In this document: piece after piece, positions 35,745 to 47,284 of the stretch
Layout: the number at the start of each line of letters is the position of its first letter
Numbering within the stretch: position 1 is the stretch's first letter
From: Macrostomum lignano
Taxonomy: Eukaryota
Direction: 5' to 3'
DNA length: 64,000 nt
Assembly: GCA_002269645.1 (NCBI GenBank)
Contig: NIVC01000909.1
Span: forward strand, 328,622 to 392,621
Made by a program: the position numbers and the translations under genes
The notes under the pieces: generated by a model
What the model was told of the DNA's origin: nothing
The model's database searches: none
Seen by the model: the letters and a program-made list of their open reading frames with translations, nothing else

Positions 35745-36205
35745 CAGAGTAGTATATTGCAACAGGATAGTCACCATAGCAACAGGATAGTTCCCATAGC
35801 AACAAGATAGTTGTTATAGCAACAGGATATTTCCCATAGCAGCATGATAGTTCAATAGCAACAGGATGGTTCCCATAGCAACAGGATAGTGGCCATAGCA
35901 ACAGGATATTTCCCCTAGCAGCATGATAGTTCCCATAGCAACAGATAGTTCCCATAGCAGCAGGATAATTCCCATAGTAACATGATGGTGGCCATAGCTA
36001 CAGGATATTTCCCCTAGCAGCATGATAGTTCCCATAGCAACAGGATAGTTGCCATAGCAACAGGATAGTTCCCACAGCAGCAGGATGGTTCCCATAGCAA
36101 CAGGATGGTTCCCATAGCAACAGGATGGTTCCCATAGCAACAGGATAGTTTCCAGAGCTACAGGGTAGTTCCCATAGCAAAAGAACCGGCTCCATAGCAA
36201 CAGGT
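35745..36205. repeat. 20-bp minisatellite (CAGGATAGTTCCCATAGCAA), LRCH intron 6
   Basis: Direct. Confidence 0.93.
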
Positions 36206-36239
36206 AAGTTTCATGGCAATGTACGCTTCCAATTCTCAC

Positions 36240-36529
36240 CTCGGACACTCCCAGCCGCTGGTACAAGTCCAACAGCCGGCCGTGACCACCAGGCGACACC
36301 AACGCTTCACCTTCTTGTCCGGCCAGTTCGGCCAACTGTCCGAGTAGCTGTCCGTCAATCAAGCGTTCGGCCAGCCTGTCCGACCGATCAGGCAATCGAA
36401 CTCCGAGCCGATGCTCCACAATGGCGCGCATGGCTGCCACGGCCGAGGCGTCGGCCGGGCCGAGCTGGTCGCCAGCGACCGGACTGTCCGACTGGTGCGC
36501 CGGGGCCGATGGCGCTGCTGGGGCGGAGG
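36240..36529 (-). CDS. LRCH: LRCH exon 6 (calponin-homology-like domain)
   Basis: Acceptor caattccAG (36531-36530), phase 1; MRAIVEHRLGVRLP...LAERLIDGQLLGQLA...YQRLGVSE resembles the LRCH CH domain; donor GAG|GTGAGA at 36239. Confidence 0.8.
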
Positions 36530-36574
36530 CTGGAATTGAGGATGGTTTTTTAACATAACGTGATAGCCGAGTAG

Positions 36575-37055
36575 TTACCATAGCAATACGATCTTGCTGC
36601 CATAGCAACACAATAGCTACCCTAGCAACACAGTAGTTACCCTAGCAACAAAGTAGCTACCCTAGCAATGCATTAGCTATCCTAACAACGCAATAGCTAC
36701 CCTAGCAGCACAATAGTTACCCTAGCAACCCAATAGCTACCCTAGCAACCCAATAGCTACCTTAGCAACCCAGTAGCTATCCTAGCAACCCAATAGCTAT
36801 CCTAGCAACCCAATGGCTACCCTAGCAACCCAATAGCTACCCTAGCAACCCAATGGCTACCCTAGCAACCCAATAGCTACCCTAGCAACCCAATAGCTAT
36901 CCTAGCAACTCAGTAGCCACCCTAGCAACTCAGTCAGCTACCCTAGCAACGTAGCAGCTACCCTAGCGACATAATAGCTACCCTAGCAACTCAATAGCTA
37001 CCCTACGTAGAAACACAATAGTTACCCTAGCAACACAGTAGCTACCCTAGCAACA
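36575..37055. repeat. 20-bp minisatellite (CCAATAGCTACCCTAGCAAC), LRCH intron 5
   Basis: Direct. Confidence 0.93.
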
Positions 37056-37114
37056 ATATCAACTCGTAGATACTCATAAAACAAATCCAACAATTTCAAA
37101 TTGCAAAATCTCAC

Positions 37115-37343
37115 CGCTCACTGAAGCGTCAACAGCGGTTGCATCGAGAATTACAATCGTTGCAGGCCGTCGCCTTGGCAACGTGGAACTACCGCCAAGC
37201 CGGCTAGATTGCTGTTCGAGACGTTGCATAACCGAATTACTCGAACTGAATTGAAGAGCCGCAGCGCTAGCCGAGAGCTGAGTGGCGCTAGACGAACCCG
37301 ACGAGACAGTAGAAATTCGCCGCTGCGTCAGCTGAGGCATCGA
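37115..37343 (-). CDS. LRCH: LRCH exon 5 (Ser-rich linker)
   Basis: Acceptor atttcttcAG (37345-37344), phase 0; donor G|GTGAGA at 37114, phase 1; both phases fit neighbours. Confidence 0.72.
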
Positions 37344-37779
37344 CTGAAGAAATTGAATCGTTTTTTTGTACAACAAATTAAACAAAAAACGCCCCAACAC
37401 TCTACTGATAGTAAAAATGCGAAAATTAAAAGGTGAAAAAAACATTGCGGGCTAAAAAACTAGCAAAAACATTCTAAACAAAACACTTTTGACTCATCAG
37501 AATGCATGCCGACAAACCAAATGGGTAAAAACTTCATTTTCTAGTCGTTTTATTTATTCTTACACTAAAATATTCATGATTTGCCATGTTTACGGCGCAG
37601 TAAATCGTTAATTATTCATTTACCAAGTGCCAATGTGGAATGCGTTTGCATTCGCTTTTAATTTTTTCACTTCTTTTGTGGACTGCTTGTTTGAGAGAGC
37701 GAAAAAATCAGTGATTATAAAAAGGAATTAATTACTAAAGAGGATTTTTACATTAAAATAAACTTGCACAGTGAAAGAT

Positions 37780-38760
37780 ACACTCAAATCCCCAATATCT
37801 CAGATCCCACAGACACTCAAATCCCCAATAACTCAGATCCCACAGACACTCAAATCCCCAATAACTCAGATCCCACAGACACTCAAATCCCCAATAACTC
37901 AGATCCCACAGACACTCAAATCCCCAATAACTCAGATCACACAGATTCTCAAATCCCCAATAACTCAGATCCCACAGATTCTCAAATCCCCAATAACTCA
38001 GATCCCACAGACACTCAAATCCCCAATAACTCAGATCCCACAGACACTCAAATCCCCAATAACTCAGATCCCACAGATTCTCAAATCCCCAATAACTCAG
38101 ATCCCACAGACACTCAAATCCCCAATAAGTCAGATCCCACAGACACTCAAATCCCCAATAACTCAGATCCCACAGATTCTCAAATCCCCAATAACTCAGA
38201 TCCCACAGATTCTCAAATTCCCAATAACTCAGATCCCACAGATTCTCAAATCCCCAATAACTCAGATCCCACAGACACTCAGATCCCACAGATTCTCAAA
38301 TCCCCAATAACTCAGATCCCACAGACACTCAAATCCCCAATAACTCAGATCCCACAGATACGCAAATCCCCAGTAACTGAGATCCCACAGACACTCAAAT
38401 CCCCAGTAACTCAAATCCCCAATAACTCAGATCCCACAGATACGCAAATCCCCAGTAACTGAGATCCCACAGACACTCAAATCCCACATACACTCAAATC
38501 CCCAGTAACTCAAATCCCCAATAACTCAGATCCCACAGACACTCAAATCCCCAATAACTCAGATCCCACAGATTCTCAAATCCCCAATAACCCAGATCCC
38601 ACAGATACTTAAATCCCCAATAACTGAGATCCCACAGACACTCAAATTCCCAATAACTGTGATCCCACAGACACTCAAATCCCCAATAACTCAGATCCCA
38701 CAGATTCTCAAATCCCCAATAATCCAGATCCCACAGATACTCAAATCCCAGAAAACCAAA
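37780..38760. repeat. 33-bp minisatellite (CAAATCCCCAATAACTCAGATCCCACAGACACT), LRCH intron 4
   Basis: Direct. Confidence 0.95.
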
Positions 38761-38892
38761 AAATCCCATGGATATAAAAAACGAAACAAAACTTACAGAC
38801 GAAAAATCCTCTAAAATCTGGGAAATCCCAATGGAGCTAGCACGCAATTTCAAATAGTCCCAATTCTTTAAAAAGAAAACACAAGTGCTCAC

Positions 38893-39284
38893 AGGCAGAG
38901 CGTCCCCATTAAAATCGGCAAAATCTTCAGGCGCAGCAATCAAAGCTCCAGTAGAATTAGCCACCGTTGCATCAGCCGGTTCCTTTGAAGTCGCCGCCGA
39001 TAAATTCTTTTGATTTCGCCGCCCAACTGAGGACAGTGCCGCCCCAGATGATGAAGACGGTTTGGCATAGTGCCAAGGCAGTTCGGTACCGGCCCTGCAG
39101 GAGGCTAAAAATTTCAACACGTGACTGGGACCGCGACAGCACACGTGAGGCGGCGGAGACTGCATGGGATTGAGCTCAAGGTTGAGCTGGGTCAGGCCAG
39201 GTCTCATCTCGCTGTAGGCTGGCGGCAAGTTGGTCAGCTGATTGACAGACAAATCCAGGCAGTGAAGCCGGAGATGGCACCATT
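38893..39284 (-). CDS. LRCH: LRCH exon 4 (last LRRs, LRR cap, linker)
   Basis: Acceptor cccttatcAG, phase 1; LHCLDLSVNQLTNLP...LNLELNPMQSPPPHVCCRG...VLKFL; donor CCT|GTGAGC at 38892. Confidence 0.88.
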
Positions 39285-39454
39285 CTGATAAGGGTTCAAG
39301 CAAATATGATGATTCTGACTTGTATTAGCGAATAAATAAACACGCTTTATATGCTACTTAGTAAGTAGGTAAACTGTGCGAACGTGTGTATGAGTGCGTG
39401 TCTCGAATTGCCGTAGCAACTACAGGTTGAGACCATGACGCTCACAGGTCTTCA

Positions 39455-40280
39455 CAAATTCGAATCTTCCCAAGTTCGAATCTTCACAAATTCAGATCTT
39501 CAGAAGTTCGAATCTTCACAAGTTCAGATCTTCAGAAGTTCGAATCTTCACAAGTTCAGATCTTCAGAAGTTCGAATCTTCACAAGTTCAGATCTTCACA
39601 AGTTCGAATATTCACAAGTTCAGATCTTCACAAGTTCGAATCTTCACAAGTTCGAATCTTCACAAGTTCGAATTTTCAAAAAAAAGTTCGAATTTTCAAA
39701 AATTCGAATCTTCACAAGTTCGAATCTTCACAAGTTCAAATTTTCACAAGTTTGAATCTTTACAAATTCGAATCTTTACAAGTTCGAATATTCACAAGTT
39801 CAAATTTTCACAAGTTCGAATCTTCACAAGTTCGAATCTTCACAATTTCGAATCTTCACAAATTTGAATCTTCACAAATTTGAATCTTCACAATTTCGAA
39901 TCTTCACAAATTTGAATCTTCACAATTTCGAATCTTCACAAATTTGAATCTTCACAAATTTGAATCTTCACAATTTCGAATCTTCACAAATTTGAATCTT
40001 CACAAATTTGAATCTTCACAATTTCGAATCTTCACAAGTTCAAATCTTCACAAGTTCAGATTTTCACAAGTTCGAATCTTCACAATTTCGAATCTTCAGA
40101 AGTTCGAATTTTCACAAGTTCGAATCTTCACAATTTCCAATCTTCAGAAGTTCGAATTTTCAAAAATTCGAATCTTCACAATTTCGAATCTTCACAAGTT
40201 CGAATTTTCAAAAATTCGAATCTTCACAAGTTCGAATTTTCACATATTTGAATCTTCACAAATTTGAATCTTCACAAATT
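39455..40280. repeat. ~16-bp minisatellite (GAATCTTCACAAGTTC), LRCH intron 3
   Basis: Direct. Confidence 0.94.
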
Positions 40281-40347
40281 GGCTTTCCAAGCTTTGAAAT
40301 CATTTACAGTCGAAAAACTAAAAAAACCTACAAAAGGCACAACATAC

Positions 40348-40453
40348 CTTCTGGCACACTTTGCAATGCATTGTTGCGAAGCTTGAAGATTCTCAACGCT
40401 TTCAAATTGACTAGCCTGGCTGAAGCACTCTGAATTTTGTTATTTGATGCATC
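40348..40453 (-). CDS. LRCH: LRCH exon 3 (LRR)
   Basis: Acceptor ttttttcAG; DASNNKIQS...FKLRNNALQSVPE; donor G|GTATGT at 40347. Confidence 0.88.
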
Positions 40454-40538
40454 CTGAAAAAAATCAATATGAATTTCATATTTAATGCATATGGTTGGGG
40501 TTTGAAATATTAGGATATTCACTTGACTGACAGCTCAC

Positions 40539-40813
40539 CAATACTACCAGACTGACAAGGTCTCCGCAGTCATCTGGCACGCTGGACAATTTATTATTAC
40601 AAATAATGAGCACTTGCAATTTCTGCAATCTGCACAATGCTTTTGGCAGTACAGTTAAACAATTGTAGCTCAAGTCTAATTGTAGAAGATTCTGCAGCTG
40701 ATCAAATTCGTCTGGTAATGATTTTAACAAATTGTGACTACAATTGCTGATTGATAGGAAATGACAGTTGCACAGCTGCTTTGGGTATTCTGTTAGCTTG
40801 TTATGCGATAGAT
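40539..40813 (-). CDS. LRCH: LRCH exon 2 (LRRs)
   Basis: Acceptor cattgtAG, phase 1; DLSHNKLTEYP...LDLSYNCLTVLP...LIICNNKLSSVP; donor TTG|GTGAGC at 40538; 85-bp intron to exon 3. Confidence 0.9.
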
Positions 40814-42583
40814 CTACAATGTAGGCATAGGGGTGCATTGGAAAGAAGATAAAAAAAACTATTTCTTTTCTAATTCTGAAATAGTAGGTTGTTCAATAAT
40901 GCCAAGAATACTTATAGAAGATAATCTATCAGACATGCACCAGTTTATAATACAGAAAAATATACTACTATAAAATATGCTAATAAAATAGACAGACTAT
41001 AAATTATATGATTTGATTACAATAAGTTAACAAAAATATTTAGAAATAGAACTTGAGATTAGAAACAATATTTATATTATTAGAATTTATATATTTTTAA
41101 CTTATCACTACACTTTATGATACTAAATTTTATAATAATAACAAGTTTGTAATAATAATAAAATAATATAGAATTATACCTTAATATTAAAAAGTGCACA
41201 AAGTATTAAAATCTAGCTAATTGACAATAGACTTCAATTTAACATACATGACCATATTTATCACTTCTTTATCAGTTATTGTGCTTTCTCAATAGTCTAA
41301 TACTATTTATTATTGTGCTACTTTCTATCATAAACATAACTTTGCAATAGGGACTTAACTTAAAGAAGTGATAAAATGAACTGAATATAAAATACAGTTC
41401 TTTGATAGATTTAAATCAAAACTACTAAACTATTATTTTTGCTATTAAAACACTAATCTATAATTTTAGTTACTATTCAATGATAAAAATATAAATAGGC
41501 ATAAGTGCATACAGAGCTTCAGAATTTCCTCTTTTATAGGTCTTTATATACCTATATAAGAATAGAAAATAGGGTTCAATTTATTGTACACTGCAAAAGA
41601 AGTAATTAAAAATGATGATTATTATTAATATTAGTCAAATATAACAGTTCTAACAGCTAGCAAACTCCAATTTTTTTAAAAAATATTAGATTAAATACAG
41701 TTATATAAATCAAAGCTATACCACATTGTGGAAGGTGTAGTATATTCAAGAAAATTCTAGGGTTCAAATGATTTGGCTAATATACATGACATACAAGAAA
41801 GAAATACATTATACAACTTTCTAGCATAATCATTGGCTTAAAACTCTTAACTATACTTGTTCAAGCTTGCAGCATAGCAAAAAAAGCATAGAAGTATATA
41901 GTATTATTGCATAAATTACACTAACAAATTATTTGAACTAGTAAAGCTAATTTTAAAATTATGACAATAAATTAGGTTTTTAAATCTATATAACTAAACT
42001 ATATAATTTACTAAAATTTTCTATAGTTATTAGTAAAAATATGCCTAAATCGATAATATAATATAGAACTACTTTGTTTTACTAATTAGTTCCATTTTTT
42101 ATATTTTTATAATATACTGGTAGGTTTCATTTTTCTGCAGCACTTATTAAGTTATTTGCTACATTTATTGCTTGTTGCATTGTTTGTATGCTTGTTAATC
42201 ATACAAATTGGTATACAATTTATTGAACACTGAATTGGCATACTTTACTGGCATACACTTTAATAGGTAGTCAAATACTTTCTGGTGTACATATAACACA
42301 ATCTGCAATATGGAAACTATATAAAAAAGATAAATAATATCTAAGATTATAATCTAAGTTATCTAACCCTATGTTTTCAAAAATTATAAGACACTTGTTA
42401 TAGCCATAGGACTATATAATTAAATAAACGACTATTGACGAAGACAAATCACTTAAAACTAGAATATATTATTATCTTATACCATTTGATTTGATTATCC
42501 TTCATCCTATGTTTACATCAATAAAATTAATCAGGGGACTTACTACCAATACCAGTGGAATAAATAAAAGCAAATGAACTCAC

Positions 42584-42737
42584 CTAATGTCAAAAGATCT
42601 AAAAAATTAAATTTAACAGCTATAGGTGGAAATGACTTCAAAGTTCTTTTACATAGACTTAGGATTCCTGACCGTTCCGCTAAAGAAAGAGCTTTTTCAA
42701 CTGTGTTGTCTTTATTACGGTCGTATAAAATTGACAT
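42584..42737 (-). CDS. LRCH: LRCH first coding exon; full CDS of 7 exons = 1596 nt, 531 aa for either last exon
   Basis: VEKALSLAERSGILSLCKRTLKSFP resembles the conserved LRCH N-terminus (xERALEEAxxSGxLxLSGRKLKxFP); donor G|GTGAGT at 42583; all phases consistent; LRR + CH architecture. Confidence 0.85.
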
Positions 42738-43507
42738 ACTGAAAGGCTTCGGTTAAATATCTTGTATGTCACAGTTCAAGGCTTTGTAGCTTAGCGCCAG
42801 TGTTGCAACTAATAAGGAGAAAAAAAGCTCGATCAATCTTCTGGCGACTGGCGTTATTGTTTTGCTTTTAACCGAACTTCAGCGTTAACTTGTTTCTTTG
42901 AATAAAAAGTTTTTAAATTGCGCCAAAAAGACCTTAAGACTAACAAAAAACGATAATTTATAGTAAATGCTATAAGTGCTTACGAAAAGTATGTTATTTA
43001 TATTATTTGTCCGTAGTAAAAACATGAACCACAGTATGTTACTGTACAATTTCTGTAGTTTTCAGTTGCAATTTTAAGTTCACGTTTTGCAAGAACTATT
43101 TTTGTGTTAAATTCTGGAATGGTATCTTAATATCTATTAAACTGGCATAGGAAGGATTTCATTGCACGTTCCATTGAGTTTCAGCTTCTTTACTCAAATT
43201 AAAATGCACTCTAATTCGGAAGTAATGTTCCTGACTTTACTAAATTATATTCGTTCGCTGAAAAATTAATTAACTTAATTATATACTCTAGCTGACTGCA
43301 CAGTGCGTATAATCTTCCCTTCTCTTCGCCTCCTCTTGTCATCCCGTCATCAAAACTGGTTTTTATGTCTGCTCCTTGCTCATTTTCATCAATTAATAAA
43401 CTGTTCGCAAGATGAATAGATTTGAATATTTTGCCAACTGTACACTATGGCAATATTATACTCTTCAAACCTACATGCAATTTACAATGCAACGTACATG
43501 GACATTC

Positions 43508-43552
43508 TAAGGACAACTGAAGTAGTATATAACGTAACTTCAGTTGTCCTTG
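43508..43552. mobile_element. 45-bp micro-MITE/hairpin with 15-bp inverted arms and 8-bp flanking direct repeat
   Basis: AAGGACAACTGAAGT (43509-43523) and ACTTCAGTTGTCCTT (43537-43551); GGACATTC at 43500-43507 and 43553-43560. Confidence 0.7.
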
Positions 43553-45287
43553 GGACATTCCACGCAATAATTTTTTGATTGATACTCATAGTAGTTAAAT
43601 AACAATAACAATAAATATATGTTTGGTGCTATGTCAAATTACTATTAAAGACCCGATATAATTGTGAAATAAATTAGTAAACCTCCCTGACTTCGTGGTA
43701 CTGGAATTACATTTTTTATAGTCCGGGCACAACACCAGTTGCCGGGACGGAACGAAAGAATGAAAATCTGAACCGGGAGGAAAGAATGGATGCAATTGGC
43801 TATTAGCCGAAATTAGGTGTCTATCTGAGAATTCTGCTGGATCAATTTTAAGACAGAATTACAAAATTACAACTAACTTTTACACGTATTAATTACTTAA
43901 GCATATCGATTTTGCATGCAGATTGTTGTATTCTGAAAGGGGCGTACATAATTATATGATCACTGCATTTATAAATAAGTCTTAATTTATGTTTTAACGC
44001 AAGCTAGATTAAAATCAGAAAAGACACAATGCGTACTTCATGTACGCACTAATCCTAGTTGAGGAACCACTACTGGAGGTAAATCTTGGATTAACGGACT
44101 TGTCTGTCAAGTAAAAAAACGAAACCAATAAATCCCACTAATGAGTGCTGGCTAATTATCTTACCTATTTGTGAGGATCCAATGGCATGTAGCCGATACT
44201 GCGAGAATTTAAAGCTGTCAATTTGAGACAGCGCATAGACCTAAAATACACGATAGCCCTCCCCACTGGAGTTCAACTCATCAATAATCTTAATTATCGC
44301 TCTCCGAGTTCTAGGAAAGCTGCACTGCATGGTATTAGCTAGCTTATTAAAGGTAGAAATTATAATTCAGTGCTGGTTTTGCCGATCGATGCTTGGGTTT
44401 TGAGAAATTTCTCTGACAAGCGTTAATAGCAAAGCCTATACTGCATGCACGCGTATTTGGGTGAGTTGAGAGACAATTGCTTGCACAGAATTTTATAGGA
44501 TCCAAAGTTGAGTAGAAGAGAAGACTATCTGGCTGCTATATGATTACCTATATGTATAATTCACACTTGATGAAGCAGCCATGCAGGAAGCTGGATTTAC
44601 ACGGCCAGAAAAATTGACAAGTATTACATAGTGAAGAAAATTTGCATGCAGTTGAGTCTTACACGTTATAGTGTTGTAAATTAGAGCTAATAAATAATTA
44701 ATTAGCCTATTGTCATCGGACACCTGCACACGGGCTATCAGTTGGCACTTCTCTGATGAATGATGTCGTTATAGGTGGTGTGAAAAATTGAGAATTGTTA
44801 AAAAGCCAGCCAAGGTAACTCAAAGATGGGGATGCATTGTGGACAATGCTACTGAGATGCATTGATGAGGCTTTCACACTTTCACTCACTCTCTCTCTCT
44901 CTCTCTCTCTCTCATCTTCATCATCATCATTCAGAGCTTTTTGTCATGTAGATTTTTTCTTATTAATTTTTTGGCAAGCAGCCTCACTGCATGATGGCCA
45001 ATTTGTGAAGCTGAAGAAAAAACTCTTTCTTCTGGGACTCTGCAGGGTTGGGCTGCAAGCTATGGGAATCTATGGCAGTATATATTGGCTGCCAGCCAAA
45101 ATTACAGGATTCCAAACTCTGAGACTGCAACCGCTGAGAGAATTAATCGATTTTTGTGTCACCAGAGGTTTCCTGAACATTTCCTAGCTGACTTAGAAAC
45201 TTTTTTACTAATTATAATTAGACAAAAAATCTGTGCTTTATGTCACTGTCAACGTACTGATTCTGCATCACCGGGTGATGGGGTCTT

Positions 45288-46165
45288 TTGTGTCTCAATG
45301 TGTCTCACAGTGTCTTGATGTGTCTCAATGTGTCTCAAAGTGTCTTAATGTGTCTCAATGTGTCTCAATGTGTCTCAAAGTGTCTCAAAGTGTCTCAATG
45401 TGTCTCAATGTGTCTCAATGTGTCTCAAAGTGTCTCAAAGTGTCTCAATGTGTCTCAATGTGTCACAATGTGTCTCAATGTGTCACAATGTGTCTCAATG
45501 TGTCTCAATGTGTCTCAATGTGTCTCAATGTGTCTCAATGTGTCTCAATGTGTCTCAATGTGTCTTAATTTGCCTCAATGTGTCTTTATGTGTCTCAATG
45601 TGTCTCAATGTGTCTCAATGTGTCTTAATTTGCCTCAAAGTGTCTCAAAGTGTCTCAATGTGTCTCAAAGTGTCTCAATGTGTCTCAAAGTGTCTCAATG
45701 TATCTCAATGTGTCTCAATGTGTCTCAATGTGTCTCAATGTGTCTCAATGTGTCTCAATGTGTCTCAAAGTGTCTCAAAGTGTCTCAAAGTGTCTCAAAG
45801 TGTCTCAAAGTGTCTCAAAGTGTCTCAATGTGTCTCAATGTGTCTCAATGTGTCTCAATGTGTCTCAATGTGTCTCAATGTGTCTCAATGTGTCTTAATG
45901 TGCCTCAATGTGTCTTTATGTGTCTCAATGTGTCTCCGTGTGTTTTAATGTGCCTCAGTGTGTCTCAATATGTCCTAATGTGTCTCAATGTGTCTCAATG
46001 TGTCTCCGTGTGTTTTAATGTGCCTCAGTGTGTCTCAATGTGTCTCAATGTGTCTCAATGTGTCTCAATGTGTCTCAATGTGTCTCAATGTGTCTCAATG
46101 TGTCTCAATTTGTCTCAATGTGTCTCAATGTGTCTCAATGTATCTTAGAGTGTCTCAAAGTGTCT
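45288..46165. repeat. 10-bp minisatellite (TGTCTCAATG)
   Basis: Direct. Confidence 0.96.
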
Positions 46166-47284
46166 TATGTAGTACGCGTCTTTTTGACTTGTATATCCCT
46201 ACGTGGATTTTATTTGCATTTTCTGCTTCATGTGTCTATTGACTATTGTGCCTCATAAACTTTACATGTGCGCTTAATCCGTCTGAGGGGGTTTGAGCCT
46301 TCCCACAGCGAATCCCTGCCGTTCCGATTCTGAACGAGTTGTTTATCTCAGAATTTTTTTGATAAATTACTATCGAAACTGAATGGCTCAAGTTATCAAC
46401 CGCAGTTGAAAGACTTCCTAATTGAAAGGCGAAAGTCTGTTATGATGGACAGCTCCCACAGAGTCAGTTGTGAGCTCACTGATGCGAAAGAGTATGCGAA
46501 CAGCTGAAGACCCACACAAGACACGGACGGACAACATGGGGCGGGCATATTACACCCGCGGAGCAGAATGCATTCAAGCATCGTTTTTTAAATAATCTCC
46601 TCCGTTAAAAAGGATCAGAGAAACACGCACAGGTGCCGATGTGTTCTGCCGGCCAGCACGGCAGCGCCTCCCATTATTGGCAGAATTCTGCTGAAATATA
46701 TCGCTAGCCACGGTCCACAGTCCCACTTGGGCATTGCAATGTTGGTGACAGGTCCGCGTGCTTAAGAACCGACTTCGTATCTGGTGGTCAGATCTATAGG
46801 GGAAGGAGACGACCAGCACACCCCCCCCTTCTTCCCTATTTTGCCAGATCCCCTGGTGAATGTGCCAATGGACAATGCATACATTAATATGCATTCATGT
46901 GTTTGCTTAACTAGCTTCGGGTCCATGTGTGTCCACCTTCTGCAGGACATTTCTCTTTGCAATAATTATCAGCTCGATCTCTTCTGAGCAACCCTGTCTT
47001 TTATATTGGTAACCGCGGTCTATACCAGCCTCTTCAGATCCCTTCATCATATTTAGCCTCCAAAACATCACGTTCGACAAAGTCCGGTCGGACAATCTAC
47101 ATTGGTTGATGAATTTTTATTTTTATATTGAAATTTGATCCGGGAATTCAGTTCCGTTGTGAAGAGAAAAATAATGATAGAAAAGGTAGGGAGAATGGAT
47201 TAGGGAGAGAGAAGATGACATTTGATTGAAAAATATGGTAAGAGCAGAGATGTAGAAATAGAGAGAGATGAAGAGGAAGACAGT

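Noticed and set aside
44837-46258. ORFs at 44837-45318 and (MCLNVSQCVS)n ORFs
   Set aside because: No recognisable domain or reliable splice sites; the latter are translations of the 10-bp array.
46990-47110. Peptide ...FYIGNRGLYQPLQIP...RTIYIG suggesting a GIY-YIG nuclease
   Set aside because: Motif spacing far too long, bounded by stops, no supporting domain; left unannotated.
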